Below, in pieces: positions 37,040 through 52,762 of a DNA stretch of 64,000 nucleotides. Position numbers and translations under genes: made by a program. The stretch is taken from contig OZ024743.1 of NCBI GenBank assembly GCA_964016885.1, positions 24,242,001 to 24,306,000 of the forward strand, in the 5' to 3' direction. This DNA comes from Eledone cirrhosa. Its lineage: Eukaryota. The stretch's first letter is position 1, and each line of letters opens with the position of its first letter. The notes beneath the pieces were generated by a model, which was not told the origin of the DNA, made no database searches, and was given only the letters and a program-made list of their open reading frames with translations.

Positions 37040-37487
37040 AGTGTGAGTGTATCTATGTATATATATAGTTAGATAGATAGGTAAATATGTATAGATATAG
37101 ATATAGATGTACATAGAAAGAGTGGGGGAGGCGATTTTTGAGAAATTCTTCAAAAATCGATTTGAAACAAAATATTTTTGTGATGGTTACTCATTTAGCT
37201 TGATATTAACGATCTTATGCCATTTCTGTTTACTTAATGTCTTTTTATAAGAACGCATTTATTAATAATTTATCTAAGGAGAATATCCTACTTATATTCT
37301 GTCGCGTACATAATATATATATGTGTATGAGTATATACGTGCAAGTATGTATAATACTTTTATTTATTTCTAGATTTGTGTGTACGTGCTTATTTAATTT
37401 ATTTAATAAATACATTTGGTGTGAATAATAAATAATGTATTGAGATACAGTTCTTATATCCTATGTGTGTGTAGTGATCAAGTGTCC

Positions 37488-37646
<159 letters not shown>

Positions 37647-37649
37647 TAT

Positions 37650-37694
<45 letters not shown>

Positions 37695-37940
37695 TATATA
37701 TATACATATACACACACATATGTATATATAAATATATATATATATTATATGTTCGTATATTTATACGTGTGTGCATGTGCATATGTATGTGAGCAAAATC
37801 ATTATCTTTAGATATGGAGATACGACATTAATCGTCATCAATAAAATTTATTTTCCTTTGTGTTCTGCATTTCTGTCACATATTTTAAGGCACACCCTCC
37901 CACCACACACTCTATCACACATACACACACACCCTCCCTC

Positions 37941-37991
<51 letters not shown>

Positions 37992-38077
37992 TCACCAAGC
38001 TTCTTGTTTCTTACGCCCTCCACCAATATCTTCTTTTTCTCTACATTTCATCACTTCCACTATACCTCCAGTAATTC

Positions 38078-38159
<82 letters not shown>

Positions 38160-38163
38160 TATG

Positions 38164-38223
<60 letters not shown>

Positions 38224-38264
38224 ACACATATATATATATATGTTATATATAACATATGTATGTT

Positions 38265-38390
<126 letters not shown>

Positions 38391-38514
38391 TAAGTATATA
38401 CACACACACACACACACACACACAGACATATATATATATATATATATATATAAGACATATATATATATGTTATATATAACATATGTATGTTTATATATAT
38501 ATATATATATATAA

Positions 38515-38575
<61 letters not shown>

Positions 38576-38653
38576 ATTAAATAGATTCCACTCAATTTCT
38601 GCTACTTATTTCCCACACTCTTCTCCTCCATACTATTTTTATTTGATGATATA

Positions 38654-38708
<55 letters not shown>

Positions 38709-38798
38709 GTATACAAAATTTTTAATATATCTCCCAACAGAAACGGGCTCTTTTAATGTATATAGATATATTCAATTTCTTAGACACAATAATACAAA

Positions 38799-38843
<45 letters not shown>

Positions 38844-39434
38844 TAATTATAAGAAACCATTATTATTATTATTATTATTACATACATACGTACATAGATG
38901 CATAAATAAATACATATATTAATAATAAGCAAATAAATAAACAAATAAATACACAGATATCATTTTACACAATTAAATCATTTTAATTGACGAATTGCGA
39001 TTTCCGGAATGGGCGATAGATAAAAATTTACTTTGAAAAATCTTTTATTTCAAAATGAATTTGCTGGAAAAAAATAACAGCATGAATTCGAGAGATGAAT
39101 AAAAACAGATCAAAAGATCTCATTGTGATGTCCTTAAGAATTTCTCTCCATCAAATGATATATGGTTTTCAGAATGTTTGTATAGGCCTTCATATTAGCA
39201 TATGAATATATCACCATGATGTGTATGTATGTATTTAAATATATACATGGTTACATATATATTTATATCATATATTATATGTTATATATATTTGTGTAAG
39301 CTTTTATGCTGTTTTATCAATATGCTTATTTCTTGTATATATCTTTATGTATACGGGTGAACGTATATTCATATATATGCATATCAAAGCACACTCACAT
39401 ACATGTATACGTACATACACCCACACATACATAT

Positions 39435-39488
<54 letters not shown>

Positions 39489-39686
39489 GGGGGTGTATGA
39501 GAGAGAGAGATTACATATATATATATAAATTGATATATATACATAAGTATGAAAAACTATGTTTGTGTATATTTGTCAGTATATTAATATGTGTATATAT
39601 ATATATAGAGACAGAGAGGGGAAGATAGATAGATACATAGGCTCAGCGCTAAGAATGATAGCTATATCTCTTTTTCTCTTAAGTTT

Positions 39687-39827
<141 letters not shown>

Positions 39828-39838
39828 GTATCTATCTA

Positions 39839-39907
<69 letters not shown>

Positions 39908-39928
39908 CTATATATATATATGTATCTA

Positions 39929-39979
<51 letters not shown>

Positions 39980-40061
39980 GTACGTATGCATGTGTGTGGA
40001 TATACTTAAATATTTTAAGGTTATATGTGTGTCGGTGTACGTGTACGTGTCGGCTTGACTG

Positions 40062-40118
<57 letters not shown>

Positions 40119-40401
40119 ATGTGTGCATAGGGCATGTGTGTGTATTTATTTTCATGCATTCAATTAGTTTTATAACAGTAACTACATTATTATCGTGATC
40201 ATGGCGTGAATTCGTGTGGTTGGCTCTGTAGAGAGTTTGGAGCTTATGTGTAGTTGCCTACATTTGAATGTTAACAACTATGTCTGTATAAGTCTCAGCC
40301 TGCATCCTAACACTTATGAGTTCAGCAACATAATTCTTTTATACGTGTATATATATATATATACATACATGCATACACATATCAATATTACCTATTGAGT
40401 A

Positions 40402-40445
40402 CGCTAAGATGCAACCGGTACTAGCAGTGAAACATATGCTAGTCT
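40402..40445 (+). ncRNA. degenerate hammerhead-like motif
   Basis: CTAAGA-tgc(aaccggtacta)gca-gt-GAAACATATGCT. One base is missing from the core; palindromic stem III. Confidence 0.35.
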
Positions 40446-40459
40446 CGTCAATATATTAT

Positions 40460-40543
<84 letters not shown>

Positions 40544-40554
40544 TATAATTATAA

Positions 40555-40604
<50 letters not shown>

Positions 40605-40690
40605 TTATAAATGTGTATGTGTGTGCGCGTCTTAGAACTCACAACATTTAGTTCTTCTCTGAATATGTCACTATCTGTAAACCGACTTTT

Positions 40691-40790
40691 GTATTTTATC
40701 TGATGAGGGCGTACCAAAATGTTGGTACCCTTGATATATATATAATAAAATAAATATGATTTTATAAAGATAGCTTCCGTTTATTAATAT
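40691..40790 (+). ncRNA. hammerhead module homologous to the 5829-5930 arm
   Basis: attttat-CTGATGA-ggg.gtacca(aaatgt)tggtac.cc-tt-GATATATATATA-ataaaat, then AAATATGATTTTATAAAGATAGCTTCC as in the 5.9-kb copy. GAAA is mutated to GATA. Confidence 0.7.
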
Positions 40791-40897
40791 TATTGATATT
40801 ATACTCCAGAAAAAATTCAGTTGTGTGCTTCTCATCTGTTATAAATTAAATTTGTTGAATAAGCAAAAAATAAAAATAACTCATTGCTTATATATAC

Positions 40898-41010
<113 letters not shown>

Positions 41011-41164
41011 TAAGTATGTATACGTACATACATATATGTATACAGACGCACAGCAGTATGTATATACATACATGCACATATATATATATATGTATGTATG
41101 GGTTTACCGAACATTCATTATAATGCTCGGTCTGAGTGAGAAATGAAATTTCATTTTTTCCATT

Positions 41165-41291
<127 letters not shown>

Positions 41292-41351
41292 AGTATTTCT
41301 GTAAAAATGGTAAAGGAAGAAAGAGTGCTCTATGTATTGTACAGAGCTATT

Positions 41352-41577
41352 TAATTACATAATAAAGGACACAATGTAATTATTTCATTACTGAAGGTTT
41401 CAAGAAACTAGATGATTCTTGCAAGGATATCCGGTTCATTCGTCAGACAAAATACTTATCTTGACAAAGTAATTATTTTTTCTGACGAATGACCTGGATG
41501 TTCCTTGTAAGAATCATCTAGTTTGTTGAAATCTTTGGTAATGAAATAATTATATTGTGTTGTCTATTATGTAATTA
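41352..41577. repeat. ~105-bp imperfect palindrome with a hammerhead in each arm
   Basis: + arm attatttttt-CTGACGA(41482)...GAAATC(ttt)GGTA-atgaaataat; mirrored on the minus strand at ~41368-41450. Confidence 0.8.
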
Positions 41578-41989
41578 TATATATATATATAAAGAAATGA
41601 TGAGTGGGATGTCAATTTAATATATCTATATTTTCATTGTACATGTTTCTCTCGTAATTCGTCTCTAGACCATTGACAATTTCTCAATATTTATGCAATG
41701 ACAGGGTTCGTCGCCGAAATTATGGGTACTACAGATGAATGTTGTATGAGTATTACGTAATCATTAATGGTTTTGAGTTGAATTACGATTGAAACTCGGG
41801 TAGTGACAAAAGAACAAAACCCACATTTCTTTAGGAGCTCAATTTCTATCAGGTACCAGTTACCTTCCATCACTTTTGTTGGCAAATCACGGTATCGTAC
41901 CAAGTGCTGAACATGGTGTATGCCTTCATTTATTGGAGACTCTACTAATATAATTTATATATGAATTATCGAAGCATGGGGTGGTCTTT

Positions 41990-42435
41990 AAATGTGGGAT
42001 TCCCAATCACAGAAAATAACTAACAGCAGTCCATCGGTAGAAATAATAGCTTAGAGACAGGAGACAATGGACAGTAGCGACTACCGAGAATCGAACTGCA
42101 TATCTCACAAATATGATGTGAGGACGTTAACTATTACACTATAGGGCAACTGACCACAGATTGTATTTAAGGCGTTGCGCAACACAACTTGCGGCTAGAA
42201 CTGGAAGTAAACAAATTTTATCATGTATTGAAGCTCCGAGTGATTTAAAATTTGAAAATGTAGGAATCCAAAAGCCAGAAAATAACTAGTAATATGGAGT
42301 TCGATCCACCGTAGCGGCTACTGGCGACCTTTTCCCGACACTTGGAATATTTTACTCTATTTTTCAAGCAATTATTTGTAGTTATACACTGTTACTACAG
42401 TTGTCTTCTACGTTTGGAATTCCGACATTTTCATA
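41990..42435. repeat. repeat module with two direct and one inverted copy of the AAATGT(A/G)GGAAT..AGAAAATAACT arm and a tRNA-like insert
   Basis: Arms at ~41991 (+), ~42250 (+) and ~42405-42432 (-); tRNA-like sequence at 42081-42148 (-). Confidence 0.6.
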
Positions 42436-42726
42436 TGTATATATATTGAGTTTCCAACTCAACAGGAATATTCTTCTGAAGGGGAGAAAACAACGTTTGA
42501 GCTGATAGAAAATTCGAGTGTAGATTTTAAATGAACTTAACGAACGTCCCGCCGCCATCTTGAACAAACGTATTTCTTTCACTATGGATTAAAATGGTTG
42601 TCTGATTAACTGAACCTTCATTAAATTCTGATGTAACAGTAGAAGGCATTACCACAGTAAATATAATTATACTCTACACCATATATTGGGTAAACTTTCT
42701 GTACTTCCTCAAAAACAACCCATTAC

Positions 42727-42774
<48 letters not shown>

Positions 42775-43355
42775 TATATCTGTATGTGTGTGTAGAAACG
42801 TGTACATACAAATGCATAAAAAAATATACAAATAAATATAGACACAAACACATACACACACACATACACACATACTTCATATATATAACATACATGCACC
42901 ATCGCACACACAGAGGCACATACAATGTTATATATCAAAGTCGTTCACTCTTCAAAATATTCTTCGCCGTGTCATTTATATGGCTGTGTTCATAAAAGCT
43001 ATGTTCAACTTTCAGTTCTAATCGGAGAATTTTTATTTATCATTAAATGTCTTTAGAGCTATTCATCCTACCACCATCACCCTCTACCTCCCTCCTACTC
43101 ACTCTCCGTACCCACAACACGAACAGCCACCATTTTTTTACAGAATTTCTATCAATTCCTTCTTTCTTTCTTTCTCTTCATTTTCTCTTTCTATATTTTC
43201 TTTATTTGTTCCTTTTTCTTCTTTTGTCCTTTTATTCCACATATGCATTCAATTTGTTGTTGTAACACTTCTTGTTTGTTGTTGTTGTTTCGTTTAGATT
43301 TTTATTAATTCATTACTGAATGTGTTTAGTAGTAGTTGTAGTCGTAGTAACAGTA

Positions 43356-43389
<34 letters not shown>

Positions 43390-43425
43390 TACTGTTACTA
43401 CGACTACAACTACTACTAAACACAG

Positions 43426-43458
<33 letters not shown>

Positions 43459-43534
43459 ACAGTAATATTTTTATTGAATCATTGTTATATTATTATTAGT
43501 GGTAGTATTAGTAGTATTAGTAGTATTAGTATTT

Positions 43535-43586
<52 letters not shown>

Positions 43587-43656
43587 GTTTCGTTCAATAA
43601 TTCTGCGTTCTGAATTCGACTGTATGTAAGTAGATATATGTGGTGTCTATGTACAT

Positions 43657-44090
43657 GTGTGTATGTGTCTGCCTGTATGTGCATGCCGGTCTATGTGTGT
43701 ATGTGTCTGCCTGTATGTGCATGCCGGTCTATGTGTGTATGTGTCTGCCTGTATGTGCATGCCGGTCTATGTGTGTATGTGTCTGCCTGTATGTGCATGC
43801 CGGTCTATGTGTGTATGTGTCTGCCTGTATGTGCATGCGCCTCCATGTGTGTATGTATCTGCCTGTATGTGCATGCGCGTCTATGTGTGTATTTGTCTGC
43901 CTGTATGTGCATGCGCGTCTATGTGTGTATGTGTCTGCCTGTATGTGCATGCGCGTCTATGTGTGTATGTGTCTGCCTGTATGTGCATGCGCGTCTATGT
44001 GTGTATGTGTCTGCCTGTATGTGCATGCGCGTCTATGTGTGTATGTGTATGTGTCTGCCTGTATGTGCATGCGCGTCTATGTGTGTATGT
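43657..44090. repeat. 38-bp minisatellite, ~11 copies
   Basis: Unit CTATGTGTGTATGTGTCTGCCTGTATGTGCATGC(CG/GC)GT. Confidence 0.95.
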
Positions 44091-44423
44091 AGAAAGCTAG
44101 TTGTTCTTGTTCCTCCTGCATTGAATTATTTTTTTGCCTCTGAACGGAACTTTTTCTTTCTTATGATATTTGTGTATATTTGTGTCTAACTTCTCCCCTT
44201 AACTGCCGGTCTTCATACGTCTAACTTCTCCCCTGCCGGTCTTCATACGTATCCTGTAGTGCTTCTTTTATACTTGTTTTTATATTTGAATACATATGCA
44301 CACATACTCTTGTATATAAATATATATCGACATATACTTATGAATGTTTCTTGGTATCAATATGCATTTATATATATAGATATGCATATTGCATACACAC
44401 ACACACACTCATACACACACACT

Positions 44424-44480
<57 letters not shown>

Positions 44481-44491
44481 ATACACACACA

Positions 44492-44591
<100 letters not shown>

Positions 44592-44626
44592 GATTATAGA
44601 TATAGATGTAGAGTGATAGCTAGATT

Positions 44627-44716
<90 letters not shown>

Positions 44717-45084
44717 AATATTGTGTATGCGTGCGGTGTGCTTGTAAATATTAATGGCGTCGTCGGGAACGTAAGCATTTTGAAAATCGCACAGGAAATG
44801 TTTGTGGGAGATGTTGCTGTATATCGGTGCAATAAATATATGAACACCTATGTGCATGAGCACACTTTGCCGCTGCACCGGCTTCCATTTCTCAGGGCCT
44901 GTAAGGTTCTATAGCCGTGTTGTGACGATAGAGGCGGTGGCAGCACTAGTGGCGGTGTTAGCGTTCGTTGTGGCGGTAGTGATGCTTGTTATAGAGGTAC
45001 TATTATAATGTGAGTATGGTGGGGGAGTGTGTTTGAAAGTGTGTGTTTGTGCATCAAAGAATTGTTAGAATAAGTTTGAATATA

Positions 45085-45153
<69 letters not shown>

Positions 45154-45239
45154 GTATATATATATACACACACATACATACATATATATATACATAAATA
45201 TATATATATATATCATATACATAAATATATATATATATC

Positions 45240-45275
<36 letters not shown>

Positions 45276-45283
45276 GTGTATAT

Positions 45284-45377
<94 letters not shown>

Positions 45378-45660
45378 GCATAGTAGGTATACAGCAACAA
45401 CTACATTATACATCTTCAATAAACACCACCATTATAACCACAAGGAGGCGCAGCCAAAAAGATAGAGCCGCCATTATGTCGATCAGCAAAGTTTTTACTC
45501 TCACACTTACACACACACACACACACACACGAACTATGTATGTATGTATGTATGTATGTATGTATGTATGTATGTATGTATGTATGTATATACACATATA
45601 TACACAGGCACACACACACACGCATGTATATATACATATATATATTTATATATATAAATA

Positions 45661-45824
<164 letters not shown>

Positions 45825-46001
45825 GAGAGTCTTTGAGAGCGTGTGTTGTACATGGTCATGGTTTGTAAACACTTTCTGTTATTCCCTCTCTTTATTCTTC
45901 AGATAATACTTCAGAAAATACGATAATTTTTTTTTTTAAACAACCGAAATATTTTATTTTCTCTCTTTTTTTCTCTCTCCTTCTCTCTCTCCCTCTCTCT
46001 C

Positions 46002-46053
<52 letters not shown>

Positions 46054-46219
46054 TCTTTGTCGTGTAACTCACTTCCCTTTTTCACTTCTTCAATTACTTA
46101 ACACATATAAACGCATACCAATATATATATATATATGTGTGTGTTTTTGTGTGTGTTTGTATGTGTCTCTCTGTATGCATATATATATATGCATATATGT
46201 ATATATACAGTATAGATGT

Positions 46220-46266
<47 letters not shown>

Positions 46267-46360
46267 TATATGTATAAATACATATGTATATGTATATATA
46301 TATATGCATATATATATATATAAATGTATATTTGTATTTCTATGTATATCTATATATGTA

Positions 46361-46445
<85 letters not shown>

Positions 46446-46454
46446 TGTGTGTGT

Positions 46455-46500
<46 letters not shown>

Positions 46501-46619
46501 GTGTGTGTGTGTGTCTGTGTGTGTGTGTACACACATATATATCTATATATATCCTTTTTTCTGCTGTCGTATTCTAGTTGTCTATTTTATTGCCATTGTT
46601 ATTATTATTATTATTATTA

Positions 46620-46675
<56 letters not shown>

Positions 46676-47044
46676 GTTATTATTATTATTATTATTATCA
46701 TAGTTGTTGTTATTGTTGTTGTAGTTGTGACGAATGAATTCAAAGCAGTAAACGTAAATATTTAATAAATAAGTGTAAAATGGAATTGAAATGAAGTATG
46801 ATATTTCCGACTGCGATAAATGAAATAAAAACACATTCTATAGTAACAAAAAATACTACAACAATAACAATAACATATAATAGTAATGGTGATGATGATG
46901 ATGATATTGATAATAATAATGATCATCAGTGTGCTCTTGGCAAAAAGCGAAGTACCACACACAATAATATACTTGTTAATGCATTATAACCACCCGCACA
47001 CCACACATATACAGTTACACACACACACACACACACACATATAT

Positions 47045-47085
<41 letters not shown>

Positions 47086-47093
47086 CGTGTGTG

Positions 47094-47193
<100 letters not shown>

Positions 47194-47355
47194 TATATAT
47201 GTATATATGTATATATATATATATATGTGTGTGTGTGTAAAGTGTGCATCCTTGTACCACCTAAATTTATGCACATACAAATACTATTGAACAATGTATA
47301 TAAATATAAATATATGTCTGTGTGTATGTATCTAAGTTTCATCTAAGTATGTAGA

Positions 47356-47459
<104 letters not shown>

Positions 47460-47460
47460 A

Positions 47461-47514
<54 letters not shown>

Positions 47515-47595
47515 TGAGAGAGAGAGAGAGAAAGAGAGAGAGATATAGATATAGATATAGATATGCTGTATATATATATACATATATATAGAGAG

Positions 47596-47641
<46 letters not shown>

Positions 47642-47707
47642 GAAAGAGAGAGGGAGAGAGAGAGAAAGAGAGAGATGCAGATATGGATATGTTGTATATA
47701 TAAATAT

Positions 47708-47755
<48 letters not shown>

Positions 47756-47832
47756 GGATACGTACTACGCTGCCTGGGAATTCACCGTGTGTAAAGTATT
47801 TCTGCACTTTAGCTCTGAAATGTTTTTAGGCA

Positions 47833-47894
<62 letters not shown>

Positions 47895-48082
47895 AATAAA
47901 TAGATAGATAATCAAAAAGTTTTTAGAAAAAACATAATTTAAAAAGAAAAGTAAAATTAGATAAATCTCATTGCAAAAAATAATATACCGAAACACATAC
48001 AGGGAAGGATAGATGCATCTATAGATCTACCTACGTATTCACACACTAACACACACAGTTACACAGACGCACATTCACTCAA

Positions 48083-48130
<48 letters not shown>

Positions 48131-48329
48131 GTGTGTACGAATGAGAGATAAATGCTGAGATGGGGCCAAATGAATTATTTCCAGCCGTGTCCGTGAATAT
48201 TTATGTGAACCTACGGCTGTTCACGGGAGTGCATCCATGTGAGACTAGTGTTATATATCTCGGTACATGCCCCTGGCAGCAGTAGTCAGACGAAAACCGC
48301 CAGCGTAACACGTTGCCTTATAACAAGAA

Positions 48330-48735
48330 CAACATCAACATCGCCACCAACAGCACCAGAGACAACGATGACGACAACAACAACATCAACAACAGCAGCA
48401 GCAATCGTCACCAATGCCACCATCGCCACCAACAGCAACAAACACCACCATCGCCACCAACAGCACCAGAGACAACGATGACGACAACAACATCAACAGC
48501 AACAATCACCACCAACGCCACCAACGCCACCAACAGCACCAGAGACAACGATGACGACAACAACAACACCAACAACAACAGCTCCAAACGCCACCATCGA
48601 CACCAACAGCAACAAACACCACCAACGCCACCATCGCCACCAACAGCAACAAACACCACCAACGCCACCAACAGCACCAGAGACAACGATGACGACAACA
48701 ACAACATCAACAACAACAACTACAAAAATATCAAC
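48330..48735. repeat. CAA/CAC-rich minisatellite, 4 units
   Basis: CCAACAGCACCAGAGACAACGATGACGACAACAAC occurs four times with related spacers. Confidence 0.9.
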
Positions 48736-48802
48736 AATAACAATGTCAACGACAAGAATAACATCATTCGAACATATTCTGATTGTGTTTTGATGTTATA
48801 TA

Positions 48803-48863
<61 letters not shown>

Positions 48864-48868
<5 letters not shown>

Positions 48869-49110
48869 GTAGATGTGAGTATATGTATGTGTGTATGTGT
48901 ACCTGTGTGTGTGTGTGTTTTGGTAGATGTGAGTATATGTATCTGTGTATGTGTACCTGTGTGTGTGTGTGTGTTTTGGTAGATGTGAGTATATGTATGT
49001 GTGTATGTGTACCTGTGTGTGTGTGTGTGATTTGGTAGATGTGAGTATATGTATGTGTGTATGTGTACCTGTGTGTGTTTTGGTAGATGTGAGTATATGT
49101 ATGTGTACCT

Positions 49111-49142
<32 letters not shown>

Positions 49143-49366
49143 TTTGGTAGATGTGAGTATATGTATGTGTGTATGTGTACCTGTGTGTGTGTGTGTGTGT
49201 GTTTTGGTAGATGTGAGTATATGTATGTGTGTATGTGTACCTGTGTGTGTGTGTGTGTGTGTGTGTTTTGGTAGATGTGAGTATATGTATGTGTGTATGT
49301 GTACCTGTGTGTGTGTGTGTGTGTGTGTGTTTTGGTAGATGTGAGTATATGTATGTGTGTATGTGT

Positions 49367-49407
<41 letters not shown>

Positions 49408-49567
49408 GGTAGATGTGAGTATATGTATGTGTGTATGTGTACCTGTGTGTTTGTGTGTGTATGTGTTTTGGTAGATGTGAGTATATGTATGTGTGTATGT
49501 GTACCTGTGTGTGTGTGTGTGTGTGTGTTTTGGTAGATGTGAGTATATGTATGTGTGTATGTGTACC

Positions 49568-49601
<34 letters not shown>

Positions 49602-49645
49602 GGTAGATGTGAGTATATGTATGTGTGTATGTGTACCTGTGTGTG
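48864..49645. repeat. minisatellite: ~39-bp constant block + variable (TG)n, ~13 copies
   Basis: TTTGGTAGATGTGAGTATATGTATGTGTGTATGTGTACC(TG)n. Confidence 0.95.
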
Positions 49646-49860
49646 GGGGGCGTCTCTTACTCTTTTTTGTTTTTGTTTTTTTTGGGTTTTTTTATTGCTT
49701 TTGTTTATGAATAGATATATTAAAATATATTGAAGACTACACGGGAGAAAATTCGGAATGAGTGTATATATATATATATATACACACATATATATGTGTA
49801 TATACATATGTGTATATATATATGTATATATACACACACACACATATATATATATATATA

Positions 49861-49909
<49 letters not shown>

Positions 49910-49979
49910 ATATATATATATACACACATATATATGTGTATATACATATGTGTATATATATATGTATATACACACACAC

Positions 49980-50011
<32 letters not shown>

Positions 50012-50067
50012 ATATATATATACACATATGTATATACACATATATATGTGTGTATATATATATATAT

Positions 50068-50142
<75 letters not shown>

Positions 50143-50161
50143 TATATATATATATTTATAT

Positions 50162-50193
<32 letters not shown>

Positions 50194-50469
50194 GTGTGTG
50201 TATATATATATATACATGTATACATGTATGTATGAATGTATGTATGTATGTATTTATGTATGTATGTATGTATGTATGTATGTATGTATGTATGTATGTA
50301 TGTATGTATGTATGTATGTATGTATGTATGTATGTATGTATGTATGCAAACACACATATATATGATTCAATGATTGAATCAGGAAATATATACTTATAAA
50401 ATGTCATTGATATACACTAGTGAATACTCTTATACATTCAATCCCGCTCTCTCTCGCTCGCTTTCTCTC

Positions 50470-50538
<69 letters not shown>

Positions 50539-50798
50539 GTATATATTTGTATATGTATATAAAATATAAATACATATATATAAAATGAATAAGTATATAT
50601 ATATATAAAATAAATATATATATATATATAAAATATATATATAATATAATATATATATATATAATATAATATATATATATATATATATATACATATATCA
50701 AATGTTTATATATATATATAAAATAAATGTATATATATATAAAATAAATATATATATATAAAAATATATATATAATAAAATATATATATATACAAATC

Positions 50799-50854
<56 letters not shown>

Positions 50855-50917
50855 TCAGCAAAACAAAACCAAAAAATGTTTGCAACCTACTCCAAATTAT
50901 AGACAAACATACTTCAA

Positions 50918-51130
50918 ATAATGGTTTCTGATTTATACACAACGCCAAGAATTTGGGTGATGGAGAAAGCTAATTAAATTGGCCCCAGTAAATTACTGGC
51001 ACTTCGTTTTATCGATATTTTAAAGATAGAAGGTAAAGCTAACCGCGGAAGTATTTGAACTCAGAACGTAAAGGGCCCCAACTATAAAGCATCTGGACGA
51101 CTCTCCACCGATTTTACCAAGCCAACGCCC
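50918..51130 (-). mobile_element. diverged SINE-A copy
   Basis: Degenerate consensus match. Confidence 0.7.
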
Positions 51131-51837
51131 TTAAAAACACCAATCAAATAATAAAATCAGTAAACAGTGACATCGTCCGAGATATATAAAAAGGTGTGAG
51201 GATCAGAATTCGCCTTCGCTGAGACTGTGAGTTATTTGTTGGGGGAGGTTTTAAGTTATTTTAGTCTTTTGGTTACTTGTGTGACGGAGGGGTTTGAGAA
51301 GTCTTGGGAAAGGTCAGAAAGCTTTGTAGAAAGGACCATTTATGCCGGACACAACAAGTCTAATTTTTAACTTGGGCCTGTTTTGTTTGATTTAAAAAGA
51401 TGATAGATGATGAGGAGCTTTCTGTTTCTGGTAATTCTATTATGGAGACATTTGCTGTTACAGTTGGTGTTAATGGTGCCTTCGGCATGATGTTAATGGT
51501 GCCTAGGCATGATGTTGTTGTTAACCTTACTGTATAGTGTGTTGTTAAGGTGTTTTTAGCGCTAGTTGTGTCTAGGTATTCTGCTCATGTCGTGTAGTTT
51601 GGTTGACGTCATTTTATAGTTGAACTGTTTCCGTTTATGTTGGAAAAGTGGTCTAGACCCTGAAATATGTTGAAATATACTCGATAAAACGTTACTTTTT
51701 ATGACTCATTAGTCACCCTTTGCTTTTTATATATTTCTACGGCATTGTACTGGCTTTCTAGAGAGAGAGGGGAGAGAGGGGGAGAGAGAGGGAGGATTTA
51801 CCTATCTATATACCCACTCTGCATTGCGTAGTTCCAT

Positions 51838-52027
51838 GGTGGATTAGCAGTATCGGTAGAGCGTCAGACGCCCTGCTTTGACGCATAGCGTTATGGCTCT
51901 TGCCATTCTGAGTTCAAATCCCGCCGAGGTTAACTTTGCCTTTCATCCTTACGGGGTCGATAAAATAAAGTACCAGTAATGCACTGGGTAATTGCTGGCC
52001 TTGTGCCAAAAGTAGAAACAATTATTA
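51838..52027 (+). mobile_element. SINE-A copy (young)
   Basis: Full consensus match. Confidence 0.9.
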
Positions 52028-52068
52028 GTGGTTTACCTGATCGCAACACCGCATACACACACACTCTT

Positions 52069-52107
<39 letters not shown>

Positions 52108-52762
52108 CAGTGTGTGTAGATGAATATATACATATATAAATATATATATATAGTTCAAGGTTGAATAAGATGACGGACCAGAACAATTACACATTCTTAT
52201 GAGTCTCACACGAGGTACCAAATTTAAAAAGGAAAGAAAGGGAAAGTAGCGTGTTTATCAGAGGGATTTGCTGTATGCAAATCTATAACAACACAAAATT
52301 TAACTCTAAAATAGTTGAAACCATATCGGGGATATAACTCTTTGACACGGATAAAGGTTGATAGAATCGCCAGTGAGGAACGAATATAAAATTTGCGTAT
52401 TTTATGCTGTTATATTATCAGTTAGAATGCAGGCAATGAATATGTTTTACGAAGCGCCTAGTAAAACGGGAGTTTCAAGATATGTTTTGCTTTATTTAAA
52501 GCTACCACAAAACTTAATTATAAACTAGTTAAAAGTAAATCGGATATATAAGACATGAGACGAAATAAGTGTCAAATATGTCTCGTTTTTTCTTCCCATC
52601 TTGATTTATTTTTAACTATTTTAGAGCGAAAATTATGCGTGGAGGTACCTTTGAGTGTGTGACAGGTCACACTTATGCAGGTTTAGCTGGCCTCCTCCAA
52701 GGTATATCTCGTTGGAGGTGTCTTGGGTGATTTAATGATAGGGACCCCCAGTCCTATCATCT

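Noticed and set aside
42081-42148. Functional tRNA gene
   Set aside because: Acceptor and T stems do not pair and the anticodon loop is irregular; treated as a repeat-embedded tRNA-like sequence. SINE heads were rejected as tRNA genes for the same reason.
42545-42565. YY1-like motif CCGCCATCTTG as a promoter
   Set aside because: A single motif in a repeat-rich context with no associated gene.
48239-49038. Mucin-like Thr/Pro or Asn/Gln-rich ORFs
   Set aside because: Open frames follow from a T-poor CAA/CAC minisatellite running into (TG)n; no convincing splice or start context.
48864-49645. CRISPR-like repeat-spacer appearance
   Set aside because: The spacers are only (TG)n, the repeat is not palindromic, there are no cas genes and the context is eukaryotic.
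51200-51760. Possible decayed 5' UTR/ORF1 of another Tx1 copy (minus strand)
   Set aside because: Only compositional similarity and a 12-nt match (AAATATGTTGAA) to 20938; no translatable motif.
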